DNA from: Eledone cirrhosa
Lineage: Eukaryota
Reading direction: 5' to 3'
NCBI GenBank assembly: GCA_964016885.1
Contig: OZ024745.1
Span: 34,658,001 to 34,722,000, forward strand
DNA: 64,000 bases
A program made the translations under genes and the position numbers. Under the pieces are notes generated by a model that saw only the letters and a program-made list of their open reading frames with translations, was not told where the DNA came from and did no database searches. Below are positions 13,131 through 26,107 of this stretch, piece after piece. The stretch's first letter is position 1. The number at the start of each line of letters is the position of its first letter.

Positions 13131-13530
13131 TTGGCAGTATTGGTAGAGGGTCAGACGCCATGCGTTATAGCATAGAGTTACGACCCTTTACGGTCTGAGT
13201 TCAAATCCTACCGAGGTAAACTTTGCCTTTCATCCTTACGGGGGGGGGGTCGATAAAATAAAGCAGCAGTAACGCACTGGGGTCGATTTAATCGACTTTC
13301 CCCTCCCCCTTACATAACTGGCCTTGTGCCTATACTAGAAATCATTATTATTGATTGGCAGTATCGGTAGAGGGTCGGACGCCATGCTTTCCAGCATAAT
13401 TACGTCCCTTTACGATCTGAGTTCAAATCCCGCCGAGGTTGACTTTGCCTTTCATCCTTACGGGGTCGATAAAATAAAGTACCAGTAATGAACTGGTGAT
13501 TGCTGGCCTTGTGCCTAAAGTAGAAACAAT
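13131..13530 (+). mobile_element. Two tandem SINE family A copies
   Basis: Two head-to-tail copies (about 13131-13345 and 13354-13530) separated by short (ATT)n. Confidence 0.85.
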
Positions 13531-13543
13531 TATTATTATTATT

Positions 13544-16500
13544 GTTCTTTGAGTCTCAGCCATTGATGTTATTTAACTGGAAAGTTTGTTGAAATGAATA
13601 TCAAGCCGCTACCTGCAGCCTCAGATATTCAGGACATATCGGAGGGTTCTTGCTGTTCCCAGCAAGCATGCCTTTTGAAGTGTTCCAAAAAGCGGGGCTA
13701 GACTAACTTTCATTAACCATCCTTGGAAACTCTTTGAGATAGTACCTAATGCGCCTATGACAATCGGGACGACTCTGACTTCATGGCAGTTCCAAATCCT
13801 TTTTACCTCCCACTTTAAGTCCTGGTATCAGTTAATTTTCTCCCTCTCCTTTTCTTGCACTCTCGTGTCAAATGGGCAGGCCACATCCACAATCAGGCAC
13901 GATCTTTTTTCTTTGTCCAAAACCACCAGGTCAGGTCTATTGTGTTCCAGTTTCTTATCCATCTGTATCCTAAAATCCCATAGCACCTTCACCTGATCAT
14001 TTTCTATCACCGACTCTGGCTTATGCTCATACCACTTCTCAGAATGTGGTAAATTGTTTACTTTGCATAGGTGCCAGTGGATCACCCTCATCATCATCAG
14101 CATTTCATTTTACGTCCGCTTTTTCCCTGCTTGCAAGGGTGGGACTAACCTGTCCATCACATCATGTCTCCAGCCTTTATAGTGAGTCTGGGCTAGGTGT
14201 TTACACTCGGATACAATGTGAGCCACAGTCTCCTCTCTCTCTCCACAGATCCTACACAGTGGGCTAGCCTTTTCTTTGTAAATATGGTGTTTCACCCACT
14301 TCGTTTTGAGTTCCATGTCTGTGGATCTCTAAATTCAGTTTTCTCAAAGAAGGGATTTTTCCTGAAGGCTGCTCTTTCTCCTTGATGTTATTTCCTCCTT
14401 GGACATCCCCTGGCCTATTGTCCCCTCCTTCAGTACAGTTCTGAGCATTGGCTCCTTACTATCAGTCACGTATTTGTGTAGGTTGTTTTTCTCCATCTGA
14501 ACACAGTCCTCTATGCTGATAAGACCTCTTCCACCCTCAGATCTCCTTAAGTAGAGTCTATCGACATCACTCCTCTTGTGGAACATATTGTAGATAGTCA
14601 ATAGCTTCTTAGTCTTCCTATCCATTTCTTTTTGTTCAGCAACATTCCATCTCAGAATTCCCGCACTGTACCTAATAATAGACACAGCTCGGGAATTTAC
14701 TGCACTTATGGCATTCCTACTGTTCAGATGTGACTTTAATACGCTCCTTACTCTCCGAAGGTATTCAGTTCTTATCAATTCCTTCATTTTTTTGTCCTTG
14801 ATGTCATCAGCCTCCAGAACGCCCAAATACTTGTATCCTTCCTCAGAGTCAATTTCTTTTATCATCTCACCTGTTGGTATCTGGATTCCGTTACTTCTGC
14901 TCAACTTACCCCTCCTCATCACAATGATTCCACACTTACTAATACCAAATTGCATACATATATCATTGCTGAAAATACGGACAGTGTCAACAAGCACATC
15001 CAACTCCTTCTCACTCTTCCCGAAGAGCTTAAGATCGTCCATGAAGAGGAGGTGATTGATGGTAAGCCCTCCCTTTCCCAACCTGTATCCTGCTCTCACT
15101 TTTCGCAGTACACTGGTCAGGGGCATCAGGGCAAGGACAAACAACAGAGGGGACAGACTATCTCCCTGGAAGATACCTCTCCTGATCTTCACGCTTCCCA
15201 AGGATTCTCCAGTTGATGTTAACTCTGTTTCCCAGGACTTCATACTTTTGCCCAACAACTGCCTGATGTTATCTGCCACCTTGAAGATCTCCAGGTTTTT
15301 GGTGATCCAAGAATGAGGCACCATGTCAAATGCCTTTTTGTAGTCTATCCATCCCATGGCAAGACCAGTGTGTCTCCTCTTGCAATTCCTCATTACCATC
15401 TTATCAATAAGTAACTGGTCCTTTGTACCACGTGACTTCTTTCGGCATCCTTTCTGTTCGTCCGGTAACAAGTTGTTTGTGTGGAGGTGATGGTAGATTT
15501 CCTCAGACATAATGCTTGTCAACAGTTTCCACATTACGGACAGACATGGTAACATCATTACCCTTGATTCGGTCTTTCATTATCAGAACTGTGGTACCTT
15601 TTGTCAACCACTCTGGTACCTCACCTGACATCAAGCAGTCATTGAACATGGTTGTCAGTTTCGGGTGGAGGGATGTTATGTTTTTAATCCAACACCCCTG
15701 CACACCATCTGGGCCAGGTGATTTCCAGTTGGTTAGTTTTTTGGCCTGCCCCTTAAGAGTTTCAACTGTGATACTCAAATCAGTTTGTTGGCGTGCCTGT
15801 TCACTGATCTCCTTCTGTACTGTCTCAATCCACACTGCCTGGTCATTGTGTTTAACATCCTGCTCCCATATTCCTCTCCAGAATGTTTTAGTTTGTTCCG
15901 CCTCAGGGATCAAGTCGTTGCCTCTTACTTTCCCTTCAAGCTGTCCAAACAGCATCTTCTGGTTGTTGTCAAACATGCGGTTCTGTTTATACTGACTGAC
16001 TCTGTTCTCGTATCGCCTGATTTTTGCACTCTTTGCTACAATGAGTTGCTTCAGTTCCTCTATGATAATATTTAGCTTTTTCCTCCTAGTTTTGTACTTT
16101 ATTTCCAGTCTATTTTTAGTGTCTATGTTTTTTAGTGTCCCATTCAGTAGGGACTCAAGCTTTCCAATGTCATTTCTCATTTCCCTGATTCGACCACTCA
16201 GTCGTTTCTTCCACCAAGGCTCTGCTCTTTCTTGTCTGTTGTTTCCTCTCGCTTTTATACCAAGTAGTTTCCTCACCGTATTTGCTGTTGCTTTGAGGAT
16301 ATTGTTGCACTGGTGAAGGCTCCTCGCCTCAAGGTATGGGATGACTTTGTTTACCTTAGCTGTTGTTTCTTTTAACTTTTTTCTGTCTACAAATCTTAGG
16401 TTCATAGGTCTCCCACTATCATTGTTCAATTCATCTACCACTAAGTTTAGGATATCTACCAAATCTTGTCCTAGCCCGTCAGCATTCATCTCCTCAGTGG

Positions 16501-17091
16501 CCGTATCTCTGTTCCAGGTATTATTTATCTCAGCATTCAGATCATTGTCTGTTTCGGGTGGTTCCTCCGTTCTCTCGACCTCTTCACCTTCATTTCCCAC
16601 TGGCTCGTTTGCCTGGCATACTCCACCATCCATCTCCAAGCTAATCTCTCTGCCCAGTTCCTCCAGTTCCAGCTCGCTTATCCATCCATTAGTTCTTATT
16701 ACCCGAGCCTGCCCGGCCAGTTTTTGTTCATCTAATTTAAATGGACCAATCTCGTTCCAGATGTTATGCATCCTTTTCCTATAGCCTTTCTCCTTGGGGT
16801 TACTCTTCAGGTAACATTGCATAACAGTTCTATTCAATTCTTTCGTCCAGTTGGTTCTGGTCCCGTTCCTTCTTCTTCTTCCTCCGACACCAGCAGTATT
16901 TGGTTGACAGCCAGGTCCCTGCTGCTGAGCCAGGGAGCACCTGTTGGGTGAGAGTCTGTCACATGACATTCTAGTCTCCATTTCACCGTTATTCGAACTG
17001 TTTAGGTTCGATATTTAAACACTCTTATCGAGGATTAGCGAATGTATGGTTACATAACCACCGGTGAATTACTTGTCTCCGGTGGTTTCGT
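13544..17091 (-). mobile_element. R4/Dong-clade non-LTR retrotransposon (RT + CCHC finger + restriction-like endonuclease), near full-length, disrupted
   Basis: ORF pieces 16981->13621 contain [58 protein letters not shown] and RPDLVVLDK..IVDVACP. Frameshifts near 15545 and 14350, an in-frame TGA at 13828-13830, and (TAA)n at both ends. Confidence 0.9.
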
Positions 17092-17092
17092 A

Positions 17093-17147
<55 letters not shown>

Positions 17148-17187
17148 ATGAATAATAAATAAAGAAACCATTATTATTATTATTATT

Positions 17188-19549
17188 AGGACGCCCTTGT
17201 CGGTTGCATGAGGCGCAAGTCACCCGGTTTGGATGGCCTGCCCTACGAGCTTTACGTAAATATGCCAGACTTGTTCTCCGAACACCTCGAAGCACTCTAC
17301 TGTAACTGGCAGCAGAATGGGAGTATTCCCAGTTCTGTGAGCAGGGGAGTGGTGACGCTGATAAGGAAAGACGAGAACAAGAGGGATACATTAGACAACT
17401 TCAGGCCCATAACTCTGCTCAACACAGAGTTTAAGATTTTGGCCAAGGTGTTAGCAAAGAGATTGGCGCTTGTCGTCGAGGATTTGGTTGGGGAGGCGCA
17501 AACTTGCGCAATTCCAGCCTGGTCCATACACGACAATCTCCACCTCATGCGATACATCATAGAGAGGGTAGGGTGTAAACCTGGCTTCGGTGGGGCACTG
17601 ATCAATTTAGATCAATCGAAAGCATTCGATAGGGTCGACCATCGGTATCTGGAGTTTGTCCTCAAAGCAGCTGGCTTCGCCCTGTCTTTAGAAGCTGGAT
17701 CGTTGCAATGCACAGCGGCACACGCTCGGTGGTCAAGGTTAATGGCCATCTCTCGGAACCATTTCGGCTCTCCCGATCGGTCCGTCAAGGGTGCCCTCTC
17801 TCTTCCCTTCTGTATGTATTGACTCTCGAGCCTTTACTGCGGAAGCTGGAGCTGTTGCAGGGCATCCCGCTCGAACCGGGACGTGGAAAGGCGGTGTCGG
17901 CTTATGCGGACGACATCACCGTGATGGTGTCGAACACCTCAGAAATCGAGGTGGTCGGCACCTTATTGAAGGAATATGAAAGGTTGACAGGAGCCAAACT
18001 TAACCCGGAAAAGTCGGTGGGCTTGCAGCTCGGAACCTGGAGAGGCAAGCCCATGCCGTCCAACAGCGTCGTGGGGCGCTGGACGGACGGACCAGTAAAG
18101 TTGCTCGGGGTTTGGTTCGGACCAGACCTCCAGGTGGAAAAGAATTGGGACGAGGTAACGAGCAGAGTAGCCAGTCTCACCCAAAAATGGGCTGGGAGGA
18201 AGCTATCACTGAAAGGTCGCGCGAAGGTGGCGAATGCGTACATCGCGTCCGTCATCTATTACCGCCTAACCGTCGTGCCTTGCCCCCGTCCGCGCCTCGT
18301 CAAGTTGGAACGGCTCCTCTTCAAATTCTTGTGGAGGGGACAAGTTCCGTTGGTGAGGCGGTCATCTGCTGCCAGCACCCTCTACGCGGAGGGCTGGGCA
18401 TGCCGTGGCTGATGATGCGCAGACATGCGTTGAGGCTGCGACATCTCCAGATATTCTGCCTCAATGGTGAACAGGTGTGGTCGCCGTTTATCAGACGGGC
18501 CTTTCCGCAGCTCATTCCTTTGACTGAGCTGCAGTCCTGGGTCAAGAAGAGACCGAGACTGGGTGACTGGCACCTGGAATGTTGCCAGGCACTCACTGCC
18601 CTCTACCAAGCGGGCAATGCGATCAGTGGAACTTCCACTCTCGAGTTCTATAGAGGATTAGTGGTGGGCAAGTGCGATGACGCACTCGGAGAAGCTTTGG
18701 GCCTCGACGAAGTCGAACTGACCAGTCTGTACCGGAGGACTTTTGAGCCGGGGACGATGGACAATTTCCAGAAATCCCTCGCTTGGCAGTGCTACCGGGG
18801 GGCACTGCCGGTTTGGGATAAACTCTACAGGCACAGAAGTGCTGTCAGACGGACCTGCCCAAGATGCGCACAGAACGACGAAACCGTTCTGCACGCACTT
18901 GTGCAATGTCCGTGCATTACTGACTTGTGGAGTTATGTCGAACAGCTACTGTTGCGTGTGGAACGAATCTGGTTATCGGCCGAGTCCATAGTGAAGATCG
19001 AGCCGCCACCTTCCTTAGGTCAGGAAGAGCAGGACATTTTCCTCTGTCTGGTGGCAGTTGCGAAAGAGATTATGTGGTGGACCAGGTTGAAAGGACTAAA
19101 GACAGACACTTTTCTCTTCGGCCAATCCCTCATCAACTTCTTCAAGTTTCACCTGGAAAGGAGGGTGAGGGTGGAGAGAGAAGTGCTGCCCCCCAGTACA
19201 TTTGCTAAAAGGTGGGTGAATGTGGCGAGAATGGCTCGTGTGAATGGGCCTACTCTGACCATGAGCCTATAGGCTGGCTAACTTGAGGAGAGGGGTGATC
19301 TCCTGGTTGCCCTAGAAACGCAGGGTGCTTCAGGATTGGTGGGGTGCCTGAATCCACCCAGGGTCGTCCACCCCCTATCGGGGAATTTATTTTGTTATAT
19401 TTTGCATAGTTTATTTTATATTTTTATATTTGCATTGTTAAATTAGTCTTGCCATTGTGCACTTTTACTCGACCTTATTGTAAACCCCCACTGTCCCTGT
19501 TTTTGTATTGTCCCCTACATGTCGGCCCTTGTGGCTAATAAATGAAATC
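17188..19549 (+). mobile_element. 5'-truncated L1/Tx1-clade LINE (RT + C-terminal zinc finger), two frameshifts
   Basis: KSPGLDGLPYE, NFRPITLLN, LDQSKAFDRV, QGCPLS, YADD and CPRC..ETVLHALVQC lie across ORFs 17208-17822, 17708-18412 and 18112-19272. The 3' UTR ends aataaatgaaatc followed by (ATT)n. Confidence 0.9.
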
Positions 19550-19904
19550 ATTATTATTATTATTATTTCTGGCAATATTATAACAATATGACCCTCCCCA
19601 AATATAACAATATATATATACATATATATTATGTAACAAGACTAGCCTCTTTGAATTACAAGTACAACTTATTGCCAGTTAAGTGGACTGGAGCAATGTG
19701 AAATGAAGTGTCTTGCACAAAGAAAACAATGTGTTGCTGACAATCAAACACATGACGAACCGATCATAATCTGAATCCCCTAAATATTGTGTCATGTAAC
19801 TTCACCAAATATATTTATTGTTAATGAAAAGTTTACTTCAACTTACTTCATTGTTTATTCTATTCGCATAATTATTTTTGTTTCTTTTCTTTTGTATTAT
19901 CCAG

Positions 19905-20072
19905 GTGTCATCACAAATGATTTTGCAGATGAAATCATATTAGATCCAAAACTCATAGCCAAACATTATATAAGAACATGGTTTTTCTTGGACCTCATAA
20001 GCTCAATTCCAATGGACTATATCTTTCTCATGTGGGACACTGAGGCTAACTTCAATCAATTGTTCCATGCAG
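19905..20072 (+). CDS. HCN: Internal coding exon of a hyperpolarization-activated cyclic nucleotide-gated (HCN/Ih) channel: S2-S3 loop, S3, S3-S4 linker
   Basis: Translation (G)VITNDFADEIILDPKLIAKHYIRTWFFLDLISSIPMDYIFLMWDTEANFNQLFHA(G) matches the HCN signature EIILDP..I...Y...WF..D.ISSIP.DYIF. Polypyrimidine tract plus ccag acceptor at 19901-19904, CAG|gtacgc donor at 20072/20073; 168 bp, phase 1-1. Confidence 0.93.
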
Positions 20073-20315
20073 GTACGCGAATGGATGTATCCCAATACTG
20101 GCAAGGTGATCATTCTCGTTTTTTTAATTAATATTTCAAAATAATTAATTAATATTCCAAAATTTCACTTGACAGAAAAAAAAAGAAATAATCGCTTATC
20201 TTCTTCATGTCAGTTAATCAAATTTTTTTTTTTTTTTTGCCTTTTCCCCCATTTTCCCTACCTATTTTTCTTCTCTGCCATTTCTGTTGCTTTTTTTTAT
20301 CACTTCCATAGCTAT

Positions 20316-20997
20316 CATTAAACCATCATTAACACCTTCATCATCATCACCATTATCATAATCATTGTCAGAATCAACATTATAATCATCATCACCAACA
20401 TCCTCAGCATCATGATCCTTGTTTTCAGAATCATCATCATAACCATCATCATCAACATCAGCATTATAATCACTAACATTATCAGCATCATCATCATCAT
20501 CATCATCATCACAATTGTTGCCTTTATAATCATTGTCACTATCATAACCTTCAAGACTATCTGCATCATTGTCATTGTAACCATCCTCTTTATCAATACC
20601 ATCAATATTACAAAATTGTTAACTTTGATCTTTCTTTTATAAATATTACAAAATTGATCATTAATTATTATCATTGCTGACCTTTAACATATCAACATTA
20701 TCATCATTAACAACTACTGCAACAATATCATCAACAACTACAATAATTACAGCAACCATATCATCAACATCATCATAAACAATACTAACTATTATCCAAC
20801 AACAAAAATGATAGGAGAAAAAGAAATGCCAAATTAAATAAAAATAAAACTAATGATAATAATAGTAAAAATGATAATGATAACAGTAACATAATTAATT
20901 ATCTTAACGAGAATTAAGATCATAATTATGATTGTTTAGTAATCAGACAAGTCTATGACAACCTTTCTCAGCATCAAACCATATCTTTTTCTTCATT

Positions 20998-21068
<71 letters not shown>

Positions 21069-22210
21069 TACATCTACAACAGCAGTATCATAATATTAAT
21101 GATAATAATAGTAATAATAGTTATTGTTATTATTATTACTGTTATTTTCAACATTAATATCATCATCATTATTTTAATCCTAATAACCACGTATAATCAT
21201 CTTCCTAATTATCATTGTCACTTATTTGGTTTCTGTGAACTGTTATTTTTGCTATTATTGTCACTCCCATTATTCAGCATTCTTTATTGCCATCATCCTC
21301 ACCATTATTACAATCATTATAATCACCCCCTTATTATCATTATCATCATTATCTTTACCTCAACCAACCTAATCACCATCATCATTACCATTACCACCAT
21401 CATCATCATCATCATCATTACTATCATCATTATCATCATTATTGCTACTATCACCAGTAACATTTCCACTCTCGCCACTACCACATTCATTATCATCACC
21501 ATTATCTTCATCAACATCAATAATGATCTTGTCTTTATCCATAGAACAAAGACACTAATTGTACAATCCAAGAAAATATTATCCCACTTTACCTTCCCCT
21601 AAACATGAACAGCATGCAATTAAAACCCTCATACACACTTCGAATCCTAGACCTCGCTGTTGTTGATAACTATTCCTGGTAAATGCACACCCTCAATATA
21701 GCAAATACTGCATCATAAAGACTTTCCTTTCTATTAAGAGAACACCTCCTAGCATTACCTCAGCCCCTTACTATTACTAACTCTCTACAAAGCTCAGGTA
21801 TCTCCTACATCTAAAATAGTGCTGCTACCACACACACTTATTTCATAGAACCTATTCCACAGACATGCTGGGGTTATTGCTAATTGGAGATGGATGGTCT
21901 CATGTCATCTCTACTCAAGTACTTCTCACTTTATATATTGTCCCATCCTTTACTTAGGCCTCACATTAACCAATATGACCATTCATTTATTCCCAGAATG
22001 TTCCCTCCGGAATTCCCATTTTGCACATATTCTTTTTGCAGATTAACAGCATTGATTTCCATGATCTAGGTGTGCTGGGGAACACCATGGCTAAGAGGAC
22101 CCTTTTTACAGACAGAAATTTTTTTTTCTTTTTTAATCATCATATTCAACAATGTTGTCATCTGATGGTTTTGCAGAATATTTAATTTTCCCATCCTCCA
22201 TCTTTTCATT

Positions 22211-22260
<50 letters not shown>

Positions 22261-22400
22261 TATCATCATCATAAGCTCCATCGTTGTTGTCCTCATTGTT
22301 GTCTTCATTGCCGATGTTGATTGCATCATCATTATCATTGTTGTTGTAGTTATTGTTGTTGTCTCCTATCCTTTCTCTCGTCAATGAAACTATTACTACT
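20316..22400. repeat. Low-complexity (ATC/ATT/AAC)n blocks and (CT)n downstream of the HCN exon
   Basis: Directly visible trinucleotide tracts and (CT)n at 21004-21064. Confidence 0.9.
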
Positions 22401-23068
22401 ACTAGTATTAGTAAAGTTCTACTATTGTTATTGATGTTATCACACTAATTGTAATCTCACAGTCACACTCATTAGAATCATATCACTTAGTTGCCACAAT
22501 AATCGCTAACAAAAAAATACAATATGCCAATGCCTTCCAGATATATATGATCACAGCTATCAGTTTGTCAAACTCCCAAATTATTATATTATTTTTTTCT
22601 GCTTTACTGAATCAATAATTTTATTTTACTCCAACAAATTTATTTTTACAAAGTTGTTTTTTATTTCTTTGGGTATTGGCTTTGGGCTTTTATTTTCTTC
22701 TGCCTTTCTCTTATTCTCTCCTGATCTTGGGAGGATTCCGTTTAACTGATAGTAAGGGTTTAAAATGTGATGATTAAAATGTGATGATTTAGATATCATT
22801 GCTAGTGATATGAGGATAATGCTTATTAGCATTTTATGTCATTGACATAGAATTGAAGTAGGTAAGAAAATGGCTTCTCCTCTCCCCACAACAACAACAT
22901 CAGAGAGTAAATCCATGGTTTAGATTCAATCTCTGATTGGTGTAACTTCACTGCTATATTTCTTAGAAAATACACACACAGAATATACCTCAACTTTCCC
23001 CCATTCCTGCTACCTTGGAATCTCAAATTTTGTTTATTAGAAATTCAAATGCTGACATTATTGTTATA

Positions 23069-23502
23069 AGGACGGTGGATTAGCAGTATTGGTAAATTGC
23101 CAGACAACATGATTTGTGTCATATAATTATGGTCATTTACATTCTGAGTTCAAATCCTATCGAGATTAAATTTGCTTTTCATCCTTACAGGGTTGACAAA
23201 ATAAAGCACCAGTAACGCACTGAGGTCGATTTACTCAACTTTCCCCTCTTTCAAAAATTATTCTTCCTGTGCCTAAATCAGACATCATTAAAGGGTGGAG
23301 GATTGACAGTATCTGTGTAGCATCAGATAACATGCTTTGCAGCACAGTTATGCCCCTTTAGTTATGGGTTCAAAACCTGCCAGGGTTAATTTTGCCTTTC
23401 ATCTTTATGGGGTCGATAAAATAAAGTAGCAGTAACACACTGGGATTGATTTAATTAACTTCCCCCTCCCCCAAAATTGTTGGCCATTGTGCCTAAACCA
23501 AA
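23069..23502 (+). mobile_element. Two tandem diverged SINE family A copies
   Basis: Homologous to 61537-61722, including the B box and the tttcatc..gataaaataaag body. Confidence 0.75.
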
Positions 23503-23544
23503 AACCCTATTTTTCAACAAACTGATTATATGCTGAGAGAGCAA

Positions 23545-24390
23545 GTCATCTCAGATGACTAAGGGTCTTTCAGATGTTGTTTCTTTACTTATGTTTTATG
23601 AGCCTTCGACAGGATCCAAGCTGTTCTTAATGATACTATCTTTTAAAGATGTTCTGTAGGTATCCCAATTTCAAATTTTGCAATTCATCTTCTTATGTTA
23701 AACATTACCATCCCAAAAATATCCACTGCTATTGCTATAACTTATTATTTTCTAGTAGTCATATTTCTATTATGTGCTTTCACTGCTTAACTGAGCACAG
23801 CACTATGCACCTTGGTTATGTGCAGAATTTTTTTTATTTCGTTTGAACCTTCTAATATATTGGGAGTACTCTACCCGATATATATGCAATGTCTAATTGT
23901 TGGCTTTTACTGAATTTTGTGTCCTGAATTTGTAAGTCCTTGGTTTTTTGTTACCTGGCATATTTAATCATTCCCAAGTACTTTTTATTATAGGGAATGT
24001 TTCAGTTTTCAATTCTTACATTGTGGTTTCTCTTCTTCCAGATGTCTATGTATGGATAATTTCTACACTTCATTTAGTGATATATTATCAGTTGTTAGGA
24101 ATGATTAGAAGGTACCTCTTTTGCTGCAGGTTCTTGATAATAATATCGAGTCAGTTAGCTTTGATCTCCCTGCCTGTACAGATTAATATATCTCAGAGTA
24201 TGGTCATTTTCCTGATGTATGTTATACCACCTCATTTCTATTGGTATTTCATAATGCTGGTATAATTCCTAGAAAATAAAATCCACAAATCTGTCTGCCT
24301 GTATATGTATTCAATCTTAGCAAAGACTGGACAACCACAGATAATTTGTTGAATTGTTTCTTCCCAACATCCACATATTCTGCAGATATT
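23545..24390 (-). mobile_element. Degenerate R4/Dong-like LINE 3' remnant
   Basis: CRICGCWEETIQQIICGCPVFAKIEY resembles the CCHC finger of the 13544-17091 element; boundaries approximate. Confidence 0.5.
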
Positions 24391-25550
24391 ATTATTATCG
24401 GGAAAAGGGTGATGGGTTGGCAGAATCATCAGAGTGCCAGACAAAGTACTTTGTCGCATTTCTTTTGGCTCTTTACATTCTGGGTTCAAATCTTGCTGAG
24501 ATCAACTTTGCCTTTCATCCTTCTGAGATTGATAAAATAATGTACCAGTTTGATTGATATTTTATTTGACTTTCCCCTTCCCTCCAGATTGCTGACCATG
24601 TGCCTAAATTAGAAATCCATCCTTATTCTCATGAAGACTGGTCTATTGTTATAGCAAAATTAATCAAATCACCTTTCCTTTGACAAGAAAGGACATGCAG
24701 ATTTTCTATGTTGGATGATTATGTTGAAAGTGATCATCTAGTGGAGATGACTGAAAGGTCAGGAGAGAGATAATTTTCCCTTTGGCCAAACACCCATAGA
24801 CTTAAAGTCCCACTTAGGGAAGAATGTGAGTGTGAAGAAAAAAATACTGCTTCCAATAAAGTTTACAAAGGCTGAATAAAATTGGTGAATGAGCAAATTC
24901 TGAGTACCTATTTGTAGGATGGAGAATAAAAGTAATGAAAGGGTAGTTACTGTTTGTAATCAGAAAAGTTCTGGATCTGTGAGTTTCTTGCTCTAGATAC
25001 ATTTTAGAATGTTGTATTCAAAGTATATTTTTGATCTCATTTACTGTTTTTCAATTTTATTTTATTTTTAAATTCTACATTTTTTATGTCACCTTCATTT
25101 TCAAAATGAACATCTAATCTCCATGTAATGCCCCTGCATTGTCCTCTATGTGGCAAATAAAAGAAATTAATATTTTTCTGAGGTTTAGTAACTGGCTTCT
25201 AGAATGTTGCCAGGCAATGACGGCACTTTTCTAGTTGTGTAAGCAGAAAAACAACACAGAGGATTAGAGGAGAGCATAAACAATTATGGCCTAGGAACAA
25301 CTCTAACTGATGATGAAGACAGTCAGAGTAGATACTTTCAGAGCATATTCCTTGAATCATGAAACCATACTTCCTCAGCCATAACCAACAGCAATGAAGA
25401 AATGTACAATGAACTAGTATTGCAACATTTTGAAGGAAATGGAAAGAATAAAAAGTGGGAAAGATCACCTTACCCACACCATTCCCCAATTTTCTCCCAA
25501 AAGAAAAGTGTACCCCAAGGAAAGGTAAGAATGTACAGATAGCAAATACC

Positions 25551-25648
25551 TGTTTCTACTTTAGGCACAAGGCCAGCAATTACCCAGTGCATTACTGGTA
25601 CTTTATTTTATCGACCCCGTAAGGATGAAAGGCAAAGTCAACCTCGGC
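25551..25648 (-). mobile_element. 5'-truncated SINE family A with 16-bp TSD
   Basis: 3' half of the SINE, flanked on both sides by acagatagcaaatacc. Confidence 0.82.
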
Positions 25649-26061
25649 ACAGATAGCAAATACCATGAGCTGCATAGTTATTCAAAGGACTAGCTATATC
25701 TCCAAAGGATTGATCAAATTCTAACATAGTTCAGTATCACATTTTGATTCAATGTTCATGATGAGAATTAACTCCTAGAATTTGTATGATTAGAATTTAA
25801 TGACTGAGATGTTTAATATGAATTATGTAAGATAATCTAGGACAGTAGAGAACTGGTCCTCTGACAAGACTTGAACTGCATATCTATCACATTCCAATGC
25901 TTATAATATTCCATATTATATAAATATATATATTTATATTTATGTAGGTTTATAGATCTTGGTAATATTCATATTTGTATCTCTTTTCATAATTCTTAAC
26001 ACACTTATTATTATGGGAATTGCTTCTCTTTCCAATACCATATTTTGTATATATCTATTTC

Positions 26062-26107
<46 letters not shown>

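Noticed and set aside
14708-16951. Several plus-strand ORFs of 60-160 aa
   Set aside because: Antisense shadows of the Dong-like ORF.
21640-21880. Very old CR1/Jockey-like LINE trace (LLTLYKAQV)
   Set aside because: Too short and degenerate to support without a profile search.
20318-22384. Poly-Ile, poly-Met and poly-Asp ORFs
   Set aside because: Translations of (ATC/ATT)n microsatellites.
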